Below, piece after piece: positions 1-13,392 of a stretch of DNA of 64,000 nt; position 1 is the stretch's first letter, and each line of letters begins with the position of its first letter. The stretch is from Takakia lepidozioides (lineage: Eukaryota > Plantae > Bryophyta). The stretch is from NCBI GenBank assembly GCA_030704615.1, contig CM060732.1, forward strand, positions 47,864,001 to 47,928,000, read 5' to 3'. The translations under genes and the position numbers were made by a program. The notes below the pieces were generated by a model that searched no databases, was not told where the DNA came from, and saw only the letters and a program-made list of their open reading frames with translations.

Positions 1-218
1 TTGATCATTTGCCATAAATTTTAGCCATCTTGGCTGAGTGGATCCCTCGGATGCTCACTCAGCTAAACAGCCCATGGAGTATCTTGGTGAGACGACACAT
101 TTTGGATGCGGTCCCTACCTTTGGACCTGGGCCTCCTTCCCTTCGCTGGACAACAGCTCTGTCCGTGCTTCCCCTCTCGGATCTAAGGCTTGGGACTCCA
201 TCTAGGATGTTTGATTAA
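1..218 (+). mobile_element. LINE (L1/Tx1-like) ORF2 remnant, post-RT region
   Basis: Translation LAILAEWIPRMLTQLNSPWSILVRRHIL resembles the 'a.l.kWi.r.l....pW..l' segment that follows the RT domain of plant LINEs; truncated. Confidence 0.4.
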
Positions 219-299
219 GAATCAGACATCTTCTTCCCCACGCTCTCCTTTTAACTAAGGAGGAGACTTTAAAGCAACATTTATTTGCTAACTATAGTA

Positions 300-1900
300 C
301 GGACTCAGAGTGCTTATCAAGTGCTTTGCACAAAGCATAGAAAGAGCGCACAAAACGCCAGATAATAAAAGGGGATGCGATAATGTTGTAAACAATGTTC
401 GATTGTTTCGGGAGCATCCAATTGACAACACAAACATGAGTTATGATCCGGCCCCGAAATATATTGAAGAATTGGAAGAATCCTGTTTAGCGATTTTCCA
501 TAAAGAAACCCGAGATTTTTGTTGCCCTGTCTTTTCTCTAGACATCATTCCAGATAGATCTCCAGTTAGGCGGTGACGTAAGAATGGGGTGCCATTTATA
601 ATCCCATTTCTGGTCCATGGACACTGGAGGATTGAGCAAGGAGTAACCCAACTTAATTGTATAAGCAAAGAAGGGATCATGATTTTTTCATGATATCCAA
701 TTCCATTCAACAGAATCAAATTGTAGCAGCTTGACAGGGGCAATAAGAAACCAGTGGAAATTACCAAAATTGTGCATGATATCAGGAGGTGGAGTAGGGT
801 CGATAGCTCCCGAGTAAAGACAGAAAACTTTGATAGCATACAGAGAATTTTTTTCTGTTTCGCACTAGATATGGGAAGTGGTTACCAAGAGAATTTGTTT
901 TGATGTGTCAACCTCGTAACATTCCGGAAAGTCCGAAGACCACAAACAAAGCGGAGTGTGAGGAGCCACAAGATCTTCCTAACCAATTAGCAAGGAGTAG
1001 CCGACAATTGGTAGGGAAAGAAGTCTACAATAAAATCCAATTGGGAAGGATTTCTTGAGTCACCATCCAAGATTTAGCTTGTCTGGTCGTGAGACCAGTA
1101 GAAGCCGTAGTGAGAGGTACAAGGTGGTCAGAGTCCTAGAGATGTGAAAAATGAGAAATTCCCGCAGCTTCCCGTTTTGCCCAATTCCCTGCTTGCAAGA
1201 TTCAAGGAGGCTCAGGCTTCATCCACAACAATTTCGAAGATATTCTAGGGCCTCTGACAAGTGAGTGAAAGCTACATATTAAGCCTAGTAAGCAAACACC
1301 TCATCGTTTTCATCATCGTCGCCGGAGGCAATATCATCCAGCAGAGCGCGGGCCATAACTGGAATCCGGATTTCTCCTTTCACTCATCTGTACTCCTACG
1401 GAATTATCATGATCAAGAGATCTCAAAACTGAAGTCCTTGTCCGGTGTGGGCTACGTTGCAAGCTCATACTTTGTGGAATATTTGGAAATCCATATGCTC
1501 TTATACATTCCATGTGTGAGAGTTATTCTTTATAGGGTTCACTCAAACTTATTGTCTAAAACAAGAAATACATGGCATGTTCTTTGTGCTGTTTTTTCAG
1601 ATGTGGAGAGAGGAGGAGAATGGCACAACTTCTTGCTAACTTTGACAACATTGGGCTAAATGACATCAATTGTGTAGTAGAATCTTTGAATCTTCTGTTA
1701 CCTAGAATGACAACCTCCTAACATGTTGGAAGTTCATTAATGTTCGTTGCCCTGGCAATGAGTTCGACATGAACTAGAGGAATCGTCATAGCTTTAGAAA
1801 AGGGAAATCTAAAACTCAACTATCTTTTGAGCCCCCTAAACGTAAGAGAGGGATGTCGTGCACCTAAGCATCGTGCCACAACATACATCGCTGTCTACCA
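300..1900 (-). mobile_element. Highly degenerate LINE ORF2 3' part
   Basis: Broken minus-strand frames give VVDEA*ASLNLASRELG (vaW..l...k..GGLG-like) and KSRVSLWKIAKQ (zf-RVT 'K.k.FlWk' like); many stops. Confidence 0.3.
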
Positions 1901-1954
1901 CACAATCTAAGCACACAACCTTATAAAGCTATACCACAATAGATAAGAGATGAT

Positions 1955-2128
1955 AAATGAGACCGGAACCGCCAATGATCCCCCGGTTCCAGTTACCAGC
2001 CGGTTCCTGGAAAAACCCATACCTGCCGGGTCCGGTTCTGGTACCGGCTCGTTGCTACTCCCCCGGTTCCAGTTCCTGGGTGCCGGATCCGGTTCCAACC
2101 CGCCTAAGCGGGTACCCGCACAACATTG
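1955..2128. mobile_element. Truncated DNA-transposon/MITE end with AACCGG/CCGGTT subterminal repeats
   Basis: Dense ccggtt/aaccgg repeats ending in CAACATTG (2121-2128), the same terminus as the neighbouring element; hAT-like CAATGTTG TIR inferred. Confidence 0.45.
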
Positions 2129-2349
2129 GGAATAACCTGTCTTCAGGGGTCAAGATCTTTATTCACGGAATACGATGTGTGTGCCTCATGGCGTTAAAAG
2201 GGGTTTTAATTTTTTTTCCCGAATAATTCGAAATAATTTGTAAGGTGATTTTTTTGCCAAAACAAAATACTTTATAATAAAGTTAAACAGGGATACCTCC
2301 CCTTGTTCCATTAAAAAAAAAAAAAACAAAACTCAATATTGAAAGAACC

Positions 2350-3005
2350 TTGTCGGCCGGTTACTTCAATTTATTGACTTTCTAATAACCTACCGGTTGC
2401 GGTTAAGAGTGACATGTGTTTTGGCCGGGTATCCATAAATCCGGTTATCATTTTCGCTATAAATGAGGGTTATACAACCGGTTATGTATATATATATATA
2501 TATTTAAAAAAGAATATGGAATTATAGCTGAAACTTCTATCAATCATAAATATAATTTCAAGCCTGCATTAGTACAATAGAGCTGGCCTGCAGATATATT
2601 TTAGATATATGACAGGAATTACTAAATGAATTGGGCTCATCACTGGGGACTTCCAAAAAAATAACAATGTCTTATCATAATGTTTCAATGTGCTTCAATA
2701 TATGAAGCCCTGGCAAGCTCATTCATGAATTTAGCCAAGGACACACCATAGAACCGCCACTCATAACCCAATACATATATTCATAACCATCCTAAAGAAA
2801 AAACCAACCGGTTGTCTACATCAATTTTAAAAATTTGGCCTCCGCCGGTTACTATTGGGACCGGTTACTTGTATGCATACACTCTGCCGGTTCCTAAGGG
2901 GACCGGTTATTTCAATTTTTCATCTCATGCGATTATATATATATATATAACCAGATAGATAACCAACTGTTATTAGAGACAAGAATAAATAACCGCCCAA
3001 CATTG
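2350..3005. mobile_element. Second truncated MITE end with ACCGGTT repeats
   Basis: Repeated accggtt/ccggtta motifs in AT-rich DNA, ending taaccgccCAACATTG (2998-3005). Confidence 0.45.
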
Positions 3006-3028
3006 GTATCAACCTCGTCTATAGTGGA

Positions 3029-3055
3029 TGGGGCCGGGCCGGGCCGGGTCGGGCC
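3029..3055 (+). promoter_or_regulatory. Tandem GGGCC (site II-like) motifs upstream of gene 1
   Basis: Five tandem 5-nt units (GGGCC x3, GGGTC, GGGCC) about 140 nt before the ATG; resembles TCP-bound site II elements (inference). Confidence 0.35.
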
Positions 3056-3193
3056 GGGGTCCGCGAGGGGTTGGACGGAGCGAGCGAGGTGCGAGGGCAG
3101 GAGAGAGCGAGGCCTGCCGTCCAGGCTTTGCTTGCTTCCGTCGCAGTGCGCTCCCAGCTCCTCGAGATTTGCACAGCTTGTGTTTGTGCACCC

Positions 3194-5649
3194 ATGGCGT
3201 CCACCACGGCTCCGACCTTGCGCTCTTCCTGGGCTTCGACTGTCGCCACTCGTGGTATGTTCATGTTAAGCTTCACCGCTGCATTTGATCTGTTGTGAGT
3301 GCATTCTGCGATTGGCTGATGCCTTCTCCAATTTTACATTACTGGCCTGCGTAATTTTCTCTTTTTTTGCATCTGCGAAATGTGTTTTGAAAGTGTGTTG
3401 TCCTTTTCCCTCAATGCGTCTCATTCTCCCTGCGTCTATCCGACCTTGAAGTCTTCTGCTGGCTTGCTACCTGAGTCCGCGGCTGGGGCCTCTAGCGTGA
3501 CTGATTGGCGTCTCATGGATACCTTGGGTATTTCCTAGGTGAAGGTGTGAAAGTACCGTTGTTAGTCGCAGCATTCCCCGGTTTGATCCTGCTTGAGCAA
3601 TTTCAGCTGTAGCAGGCAGCAAGGCTTTGCACGTTAACTTCCGTAGTTTTGAATTTGGCACCCATTGTTCGTTCATGGAGGGAAATTTGTTCAGAGGGAA
3701 AATTATGGGCGACAGCATGAAGAGGCTGTGTACTCAAATTTGCAAGACAACTGACTTCGGAAGGGTGGAGATAGCACACACAGAGATTAAGAAAATCAGA
3801 GGCCTAACACTCTGGATGGCAATCTGGCATGCCTTCCAACTAACCCTAGTACTCCATTCTCTGCCTCTATAAATGTCAACTGGTTGTTACCTGCATACAT
3901 TGTGACGTCTAAGAAGTGTTTGAGTCTAACAGTTACCATATTATTCTTCAGGGTGCTCGTCGTGATATTCATATTATGATGGAAGAGCTTCAGGTTTGCC
4001 TCTCTCTTGCCAAGTAACATTGCAATTCCAAATGTCTGGTGCCAAGTCAATTAACCATTCGTATGGTGATTTCTATTTTCTCCCCATGAACAGGTGATTC
4101 CTTCTCAAACTCTTGCCACGGAGTGTTGGTGAAAGTTTCTCCCATCCAGACTGCACCATCACAGGTGGTGAGGCGGGGGAAGGCTCGCCAAGCTGTCGTG
4201 CGTGCTGAATACAGGTGACGGCCTTGGAACCTGCATTGTTTGCTGATTCCTTGGTATGCTTCGGTTTTTTTCATTGTGGGAGATGATTGAAATGATGTGA
4301 ATTGCTACGATATTGCACATGTAATGTAAGATGATGTCAGAGCATTGTATGGCTGAAGCTTTTCGTTAACTTGTTAGAGTTATAGAAAAATGCGTCGGAC
4401 ATATTATCAGTTTGTCTCCAAAATAGGGTGCCATGCTGGTCCACATTTTGTCCTAATGTTTTCGAGCAAATGTGGGATGTGGCACTGATACTCCCTGTCA
4501 ATAACTTTGCAGCAGACGAGGAGGCGGTGCAGGTGACTTTGTTGCTGGATTCTTGCTTGGTGGGGTGGTGTTTGGTGCACTGGGCTACTTGATCGCACCT
4601 CAGGTATGTAGTCTATTCCTGTTGTGTGCATCCCTGGGTTCTAAACATGGTTAACCATGTTGGATACTGGAGTACATTAAAAAAAAATCGGCAGGTCATG
4701 AATTTCTGTTTATTTTCAGTGAGATTGTTTGAGTACGTTACAAAAGTTGTCCAACAGCTGAATTTTTGGCATTATTCTGCAAGGTTACCAAGTCCATTGC
4801 AGCAGCAGAGAAAGAGAAGGAGGAGGAAGAAGAAGGTCCACCAAAAAAGCTACCCAGATTTTTGGAAGATGATGAAGGACTCGAGGTGGGCTTGAACAAC
4901 TATGTTGACCCCCCAGGAGACGTACGTGAGTTGGGCCTGGGAGGCAGTCTTCTGGCCATATAAACCATGGTCTTGAGCTTGTTTGTTTGGTGCTAGGAAC
5001 TCTTGGGTGTGTTGTCTAGGTAGCTCTCTACCAGCTGCATATTGTGGTCTCATACTACATTGCCTTGATCATTGTCTGCGGAGGAACTCTTGGGTATGTT
5101 GTCTAGTCTACCAGCTGCATATTCCTTGTATTCTCATACTCCATCACCTTGATCATTGTCTGCCAAGCCAGACTCAGTTTTCCCTTGCTTTGTAACACCA
5201 AATGGTTCTAAAGGAAGCCCCCTTCTTGAAACGTTCCAGACCTCAATCCCATTGAAACTACTGGGTAGAACCTATGTTAAGTGGCAGAACCAATTCTCAG
5301 CTTGAAAGTTTCAACTTGCTACGCCGGACAGTTGTTATCACCACCTAGCTAACTATCTCAAACCCATGCTTGGAAAGGAGATTCAAAGTAACAGATGATT
5401 GTGCTACTAATGCGTCCAACCATTCAGGAAACAAAGATTGAATGGTGGTCATTATCTACATATCCTAAGGCATGCATCGCAAGACTCTGATTGTGTGCAT
5501 TCTGGGTTGTGCAGAAAACAAGGAAGAATTTGAATGACAAGATTGCGCAGTTAAATGCTGCGATTGATGATGTGTCTGCACAGTTAAGGTCAGATGAGGG
5601 ATTTGGCATCCCCAATGATAGCGCAGTGGAGCTGGAGTCAGCTGCTTAG
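3194..5649 (+). CDS. Small plastid inner-envelope-type membrane protein (At1g42960/At5g16660-like family), 169 aa, 5 exons
   Basis: Exons 3194-3254, 4094-4214, 4513-4603, 4784-4885, 5515-5649 with GT-AG introns join in frame. Product has a transit-like N-terminus ending VVRAEY, a TM segment GDFVAGFLLGGVVFGALGYLIAPQ, and a coiled coil GLEKTRKNLNDKIAQLNAAIDDVS. Confidence 0.85.
4996..5162. repeat. Imperfect ~85-bp tandem duplication in intron 4
   Basis: ggaactcttgggt...ctaccagctgcatatt...ccttgatcattgtctg occurs twice in tandem. Confidence 0.7.
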
Positions 5650-7104
5650 CCAGTATTTTGTGGTCTTTGAATAATTCCGAGTCTTGGTTCCTTTTCCTGT
5701 AGACCGTGGTTTGCTGGTGGGGGCAATGGCAGACTTGGAGTTTTGTGTTCTAGGTGGAGGTCCAGCTGCATTATTTTTGTAGGATGTGCCTTCTCAGGAA
5801 ATGTATCCACAGCAGTTAAAGAGATAGGACATTTCTCGCCCTTGAACGGTATGTCAAATGACTTGGTATGGCCTGGACCGCATTTTTATATTTATGAGAG
5901 ACCTTAGGGATCCTTGGTAGAAGCAACTCTGCGAAGTTCTTTGAGGGTAATCCTTAAATCAAGGCCGCATTAAACTCTGGCAGATCAGCTGCTGCGGCAA
6001 TCGCCTCCAAATAAGGGTTCGTTATGGGCAAAAATTCAAGTTGCCTCAACCACATTCTTGTTTGTTTTCCAAACATGACACTTAACTTTATATTATTGTG
6101 CACTGGGGTTGTGCTTGCATTGTACTATCACTAAGTTCTATTGCTCTCGGTTTCTGCAGCTTAGCAGAGTCGAGGCTTCTAAAAAGAACACGGCTGTTAT
6201 TCAAAACCATGGGGAACTTTTTTAGAATGTCCATTGATCCTTTAGAGGTGCTATGCAATCACCACAGGTCCCTGATGAACTGGTTCAAACATGCAATCTC
6301 ACATGATTTGGATTTAGTGCACAGGATATCTAACTAGTAAGTCTGCAAACCTTCAAAGTTTCAGCGTGGTGGCTGCATATCATATATAAATGTGATGCAA
6401 CAGTTTCAAGTTTCCCTCTCCCTCCCTCCCTCCCTCCCTCCCTCACTCCCACCAGCAAGCAGAAAGAACCAGGGAGGGCTCCATTCTCCATTCACACCCC
6501 TTGGCTGGATTTGAGGATATCAGATTAAACAATTAGCAGCAGAAGCTGAATTTGAGGATTTCAGATTAAAGAATCAGCTTCAGATGATGGAATGGTGGGC
6601 TCTATAGCTTCTCTTTCAACAATTTTGACGTTGGCATTACATTTTGTGAGGGGGTTTGGGATGAAGTGGGGCATGGAACTCACACGGGCAGCAGCAGCAG
6701 CGTTATGTAATGGAAAAGGAGGAGGGAGGGAAGAAAAGGCCGGCAAGCAGCACGTGTGAGGGAGAAACGGGTCGGCCCACTTTCCCGAGGCCGTCGTCGT
6801 CGTCGGCTCATTTCACTTGTGCAGCGCCGCACTGCATCCCCGACAACGCGGTGTATTTCCGCGCTAGAGCGGATGCAGAGGGGTACAGGGGGGGTGGGGA
6901 ATTGGGGAGGAGGGAATGGTTGGTGTGGGGGGGGAGAGACGATGAATAGGTGCACTTGGGTTGTGGCGGGACTGTTGTGTTTGTGCTGCCATGGGGCTGC
7001 TGTGGCCGCCGTCTGCTGATGTGCGAGTTGTGCGAGACTTGAGAAGCAGGGGTGGACGGAGGAGGTTGTAGGAAGAGGAGGGAGCGTTGGTGGTTGGTGA
7101 ATGC

Positions 7105-10100
7105 ATGAAGGGGGGCAAGATGTGCTCGTGTTGGGATGCCGTGGAGGGGGCGCTGGGCAACTGCTGGTCTAAATCTGGGAAACCCGACATCTCTCCCCCT
7201 TACAGTGTCAATAATTCTGGTATGCCTCTGCGTTCCTGCTCAAGTGGGCTTGCTTTTAGCTCCTCTGCCAGCTTGATGGGAACCCCACAGTTGTGGGTGG
7301 TCCTGTTTTTCAAGTTGTTATCTGCTGAAGTATGTGGCATCACTGTTGCCTTGTAAGAGGTTGTCTGATGTGCTCATACATGGCTGTGATAGCGAACTGG
7401 GTTATCTGGTTGTGCATCTAAACAGGACTGGGTTTTCTGCTTTTCAGTTCAACCTTGTCATGCATTGCATGGTGGAACGATGTGCAGTCACTTACAACAA
7501 GCCTGTAGACCTTCCCATCATCTGATGATCATCTTAAGAAGATGTCTGGGAAAACCATGAAGGTTCTGGCAGCTTGTAATATTCTGTCGAGCTTAGGTAG
7601 CTCTTTTGTGTCAGGTTATCTCACGTCGGAAGATGTCTGTTTGTTGTCAACATGCAAGCTTGTCTTTTCTCTATGAGGACTCTCTTTCCTTTTTGGGAAG
7701 CCCATGTAAGCGCGGAACCTACGGGAGAAATAGTGGGTTACTTCGCTCCCACGATAGAAGTGACAGTAATCTGGACTTTGCTCCTCTTGTGGGGGTTGTT
7801 TTGAGCAGGTCACGATCAGGTACGTGTGGAGGTCAATGAGAATGGGGCCCCAATTCCATTAAGTATACCCTCATCAGGTGAGGTTGGGACAGCCACTCCA
7901 AGAGCTTCCGAGGAGATAAGGCAGGGAGGGCACTTGCGGGTCTTTTCATTTCAAGACCTCAAAGCTGCCACACGCAACTTTCGTCCTGACAGTATGCTGG
8001 GGGAAGGGGGATTTGGAAGTGTTTACAAGGGTTGGATTGATGAGAATGGGACTGCTGCTGCCAAGGCAGGCACAGGCATGACTGTTGCTGTCAAGCAGCT
8101 AAATCAGGAAGGATTGCAAGGTCACAAAGAATGGCTAGTAAGGCTCACACCTTTCCCAGATATTACACCACATCAAGGGCCGTTGAGGTTGTAAGATGCT
8201 GTAGCTGCATGACTGCATGCGGCCCCGGGTACTATGAGAATACCCTATCTTAATGCCTCGATGCTACACAAGTGCAGTTTGTGCTTTGGCTGACGGACAA
8301 CCAAGCTTCTAAGGAGCTTCAATCCCTTACTGCATCCTTCAGTGGTCCTTGCTGGAGACTTGTGCTTTGACTGAGGGATAACCAAGCTGGCAAAGGGTGT
8401 CTCCCCCTTTGTCCATCGTGTGAAGTGGGCACTGCTTCAATTGCCAAGCTGCCTGGAGCCACTAAACTTCATAGTCCAGGTGCAGGTAGACAAGAAATGA
8501 TACGACCCAGGTAGGAAGTTCTGGTTAGTTATGTGGAGGAAATTGTGCTTAGATGCATGTAACATTTATATGTGCGGTTGCAGGCAGAGGTGAACTTTCT
8601 TGGTCAGCTTCATCATGCCAATTTGGTCCGATTGATTGGCTATTGCACAGAGGATGATCAACGGCTGCTGGTTTATGAATTTATGCCTCGTGGAAGCTTG
8701 GAAAATCATCTTTTCCGAAGTAAGTGACGATACTCCTTACTCTGTTGGGTGGTTTGTTACCAAGTAAGTGATTAAGCTTTGTCTGTCACTGCAAGTGCCA
8801 TCTGGCTCATGGTCGGTATCAGGAGACATTGCAGTGCCTACAATCAGGTTAAAGACACAGTTAGTCACACTATATGCATGTGCAATGGGGTTCAATGCCA
8901 TATGTATTACAGACCAGAAAGTGCCCTCTGTGATTTCCTCAGGGTTGAGCATTTGTGCCTGTCAATCACATTCAGTTTTAGTCTAAGAGAATTTGGAACT
9001 TAGTGTCCATATTTGTAGGAATATGGTTGAGTGTCATGGGAAAATGTGCTCTATATGTACTAGAGAACGCCTGGCTCGCCTAGGACGGGCTTTCCTGGCA
9101 TAGTCAGCCCTAGCTGACCTGTTCCCTGGCGTTAAGAGCTGGGGATCCTGAGTTCCCTGTAGTTCCCTTGAGTTCCCTAGCGTTGTCTCACGGGGCCACC
9201 GCTGATTCGTTATGCAGACTCGGCTGGGGATGCCGAATTGGCAGTGGCACTCCGCACCCTAATTGTGTGATATGATCGACCTCTAAAACGGCATAATCTG
9301 CCTCCGATGCTTTTTACGTTGTTACAGTTAGGCTTGGTTATAACTGATAATCCATGCGATTATTGACCTACTTATCCTTCTTTCACAAGATGCTCTAGGT
9401 GAAGTGGGTCCTTGGGATGCATAATTGTGACACTCTCAATCGTTCTAACACGCTGTTGTGACAACGTGATAGTATGCCGTAACTGTCCATAAGCACAATA
9501 GCTCTGCTGCATGGACCTGTAAGTTATGGTTTGCTGCAGGACCCTACTAGCACTATGGATTCTGTAATATATTTGACAGATGTGAAGCCACGGAAAGCTT
9601 TGGTGGGTAATGTACATACTTTGGCTTAGCACCTGTTTTGCTTGGGTATAATGCAGAAGGCGCTATGCCTCTACCTTGGTCAACGCGAATGAAGATTGCT
9701 TTGGGAGCCGCAAAGGGACTTGCTTTTCTGCATGAAGCAGTGAGGCCTGTTATTTATAGAGATTTCAAGACATCCAACATTTTACTGGATTCTGTGTGTA
9801 CTTATTCACCCTCCCTGTGATTTGAGACTGGGAATCTGAACAAGAGCATGGGGGGGTTATTGTTTATGTCGATGACTGTACATTGTTCGCCACGAAGACA
9901 AAACATGCATTGTGTTAATGAGTTTGGTTGGTGACATCCAGGACTCTCTGAGCTGTAAACCATGCGTAGAAGATGATTCATGCAACAAGGAATTTTCTGA
10001 TAGGTGAGGAGAAAGGGCTAAATTTGTCAGTGTAGGCAGCTGAGTCATGATCGGACATTCACTAATGGCAGGACTACACAGCAAAGTTATCGGACTTCGG

Positions 10101-11381
10101 GCTAGCCAAGGATGGACCTGAAGGAGACAAGACCCATGTCTCAACTCGTGTAATGGGAACTTATGGCTATGCAGCACCAGAATATGTGATGACTGGTGAG
10201 TCCCATCCTGTAGTGTTGAGCTTCTCAGTGTTGTGTCTGACTTGCAGAAAAGATGAGGAAACTGCTTGATTAAGTCAGCCCAGCACCATGCTGCAAGGAA
10301 TGGATGAAGGATGTCCATGTCTTTTGTATATGTTAGTTGGAATGTTTGGGGAAGGCATCTTTTCCATGTTGGGTGAGTTATGGTGCATTATAGTGGGGCT
10401 TCCAAGATCAGTCCAGTCAACATGGCGAATTGGTGACTAGCAGGAGAAAAGCCGGCAGTGAAGTGTCTGGATGTAATGATAGGTCAAATGCCTTCGGTGG
10501 TATGTGACAGCAGGGACGTCTCTAGCTGTTCAGATGTCTGAAGTATGTGACAAGATTTCCACAACTCTACATGTCTGCCTTGGTCTGTGTGAAGCTTCAT
10601 TAGACTTTTTCGGGAGAAGCGTCAGAAGCCCTGCTGCTGATTGCACCTTTGGTTATATGGTATGTCGATACATGGTCTGTTGACTAAACATGTGGGCGCT
10701 TCACAGCTGGCTTAGTTTAGTCTTCTGGCCACCACAATTGGCCACCATCTTATTAGTTGCTGGAGCTCCACAGTCTGCTCCATCCAGCATTAGGTGCATA
10801 TCATTGCATGTAATTGAGTCATTCTTTGCTAAATGGATTGGACCGTATGACATGAGGGCACAGGGCATTTGACATCAAGAAGCGATGTTTATAGCTTCGG
10901 AGTGGTGCTGTTAGAGATGCTCACAGGCCGGCGGTCCATGGATAAAAACAGGCCAAGTGGGGAACAAAACCTTGTAGAGTGGGCTCGACCATATCTCAAT
11001 GACAGACGGAAGCTGCTCCGACTTATTGATCCTCGCCTGGAGGGTCACTACTCCGTCAAGGGTGCCCAAAAAGCAGCCATACTGTCGCATCACTGCCTCA
11101 GCCGTGACCCCAAGTCAAGACCCCTCATGGGTGATGTGGTGGACACATTAAGACCTCTGCAAGATTTAAAAGACATGGCCAGTAGTTCACATCAGTACCC
11201 AAGTGGATCTTCTGTGGATCGTCACCGATCTGGGAGCAATTCAAGTGCTAATGGATCAAGCCATCACCAGTACAGCCATCACAATAACTACCCATCCCCC
11301 CGAAATGGACCTGTTCGAGGCAGCAATGGTCTACCCAATCACCAGCAGTCTCCCAGGCAGTACAACGGTAGAGCAGCATAG
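7105..11381 (+). CDS. Receptor-like cytoplasmic Ser/Thr kinase, RLCK-VII (PBL34/35/36-like), 6 exons
   Basis: Exons 7105-7219, 7809-8137, 8584-8719, 9657-9793, 10072-10195, 10864-11381 join in frame. Motifs [75 protein letters not shown]. Confidence 0.93.
9059..9325 (-). mobile_element. Possible non-autonomous Helitron 3' end in kinase intron 3
   Basis: Reverse strand ends with a GC-rich imperfect hairpin (cgtcctaggcgagccaggcg) followed by CTAG then T; GC-richer than the surrounding intron. Confidence 0.3.
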
Positions 11382-12277
11382 AGGCAGACCTCATGTCTAT
11401 GTTGTATCGTCCTGTTTGTCTTATGGGTTTGTATTTTACTTGACTATCTGAATTCTAAATTCCTTTCTCTCACTGTTTGTGGGTCGGTGCAAGAGGTATG
11501 CACAACTGGCTGAAGTGCTAAGCTGTCTCATTAGTACCAGGTTCCTTAGAAATCTGTAAAGTTGGTGCCATGTGAATTGCAAGCCAAGTCTCTGGCATAT
11601 ATTATACAGGCTAACTTCCAGCTCTGGAGACAATGCTTGCTTACGGGACGAGAATAGGATGATGATTGAAGAGATGAGGTGTGTTGAGCGACCTGGTTGC
11701 TAATCAGTTCGGTGAGGTTCTATTTTTGCTATTGTAAGTTTCCAGTTTGGGAATGCAGTCCAGTCGAATTTCAGCACCGCATTGAAGTGGCTTCTATTTG
11801 GCTGTTAGATTCCATCTTCTGGGGTATGCTCTAGCTAGCAGTGTTTATGAGGAAGTTGTCCGCATTGTGACTCGGGACTCATTTTTCTGTGCAGTGCACC
11901 TTGTTGACATTGCCTTAATGAAGTATCAGTCAAAATACGAAGCTCGGAAAATGATGGCTGCGACTACCACTTTTGTTTCATTGTCAACCAAAAGATGATG
12001 CATTTCAGATGCCATACGACTCTAACCCACCAATCTCATTCATTTTCTCATTCATGTCCATTTTGACATGGTAGCACCCATGCACCATATCCTGCAGATC
12101 CATGGCAATGGCTCGTTAACGCCAAACTTCAGTCCAAACACACTCACCAGTTGGTTGAAAGTGGATAGCAAAAGTAGAAAGAAATTGGAAGTGGTCTCTC
12201 AGTGGAAAGCGGCCCTAAAAGAAGCCATACAAAAAACTGATGGAATTGTATCATGTTCAAAGAAAAGAAAAGCTTGT

Positions 12278-13392
12278 CTAGACTTTTGCACCTAAGCTAA
12301 AACCGCCAACCAATAAGCCCCCCAGGTTAATGATATATCTACTTTCCATATCAGTACTCTTGCAGCATTCCTCGGTCATGGTTGGTAAACCAGGTGGTTC
12401 ACAGTATCCAGGGGATGTCCATGTGTGTTGCTTCATGTCATACATCACAACTTCTGGATTGGGTATATTGCCAGTCCACATGATTATGAGATTGTCATGG
12501 CTCACCACGTCAAAATAGTAGTGCATGGTGGCTATTCTTGCGATCTCCATGGTTGCAATCTCCAACCACTCTGCAGTCTTCCTAGAAACTTGGAACTCCC
12601 ATATTTCTAAGAGTGGATCATCTCGATGGTGAAGAAGCCCAACTAGCAATAGGCGCCCCTCACTCTCTCTACAAGCCTTGGCAACACAACAACCAGGCAT
12701 ATGTATAGCAACTTGAGGCATTTGTGTAGCTACTTGAGTCCACACCCCGGCACCCATCTCATAAGCCATCAAAACTCCATAAAACAGAGCGAAGAGAGTA
12801 GGGCCACATATCACACTTCCCTCACAAGACCACCACCGTTCACTTGCCGGCATCTTCGCCATACATGTGTGTTCTCCCATGTAACACAGTGCCGTCCGTG
12901 CGATACTCGTGTGACATCACAATGATCTTGTAGGTCTTGCTGCGTCTATCCACAATCAAGTGCACCTTGTCCACATCCCCAGTGTCTTAGAGGCAGGGCA
13001 GGCAATTGTCTGGAGCTGTTCAAGAGAGGATTGAACACAATCCATGATAAGTCAGCATCGCCCTTGTACATTTTGCAAAGAAATAAGCCTCCATCTGCAG
13101 CACAAACATACTGTGTACGAAAATTGTCCTTGGGGAGTTTGAGGCCGATTTTGTGCCAGCGTCGAGTTGGGGGGTATACAACATACAAACATGTGGGCAT
13201 CTGCCGAAAGACAAGAGATAGGAGTCTTGGTGAAGAGGGAGGTGCTGACAGACTTGTTGGAAACTAGCAGTCGATGGGAGGGAATTCCACAACTTGCAAA
13301 TCGATTGAAAGCGGGACAAGACTTCGATCTGGCAAAAAGGCCAACACTACCATCACTAACTCGAATGGAAGCCTGCTCCAAATCTCCTCCAT
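12278..13392 (-). pseudogene. Intronless F-box/kelch-like (beta-propeller) gene broken by several frameshifts
   Basis: MEEIWSRLPFELVMVVLAFLP..SL / SRFQSICKLWNSL (F-box), then AADGGLFLC..WIVFNPL...RQLPALP, LMAYEMGAGVW, GRLLLVG..IWEF, VVMYDMKQHTW, spread over four or more frames. Confidence 0.8.

Noticed and set aside
6561-7100. Several overlapping short ORFs
   Set aside because: GC-rich promoter/5' UTR of the kinase; no recognisable domains.
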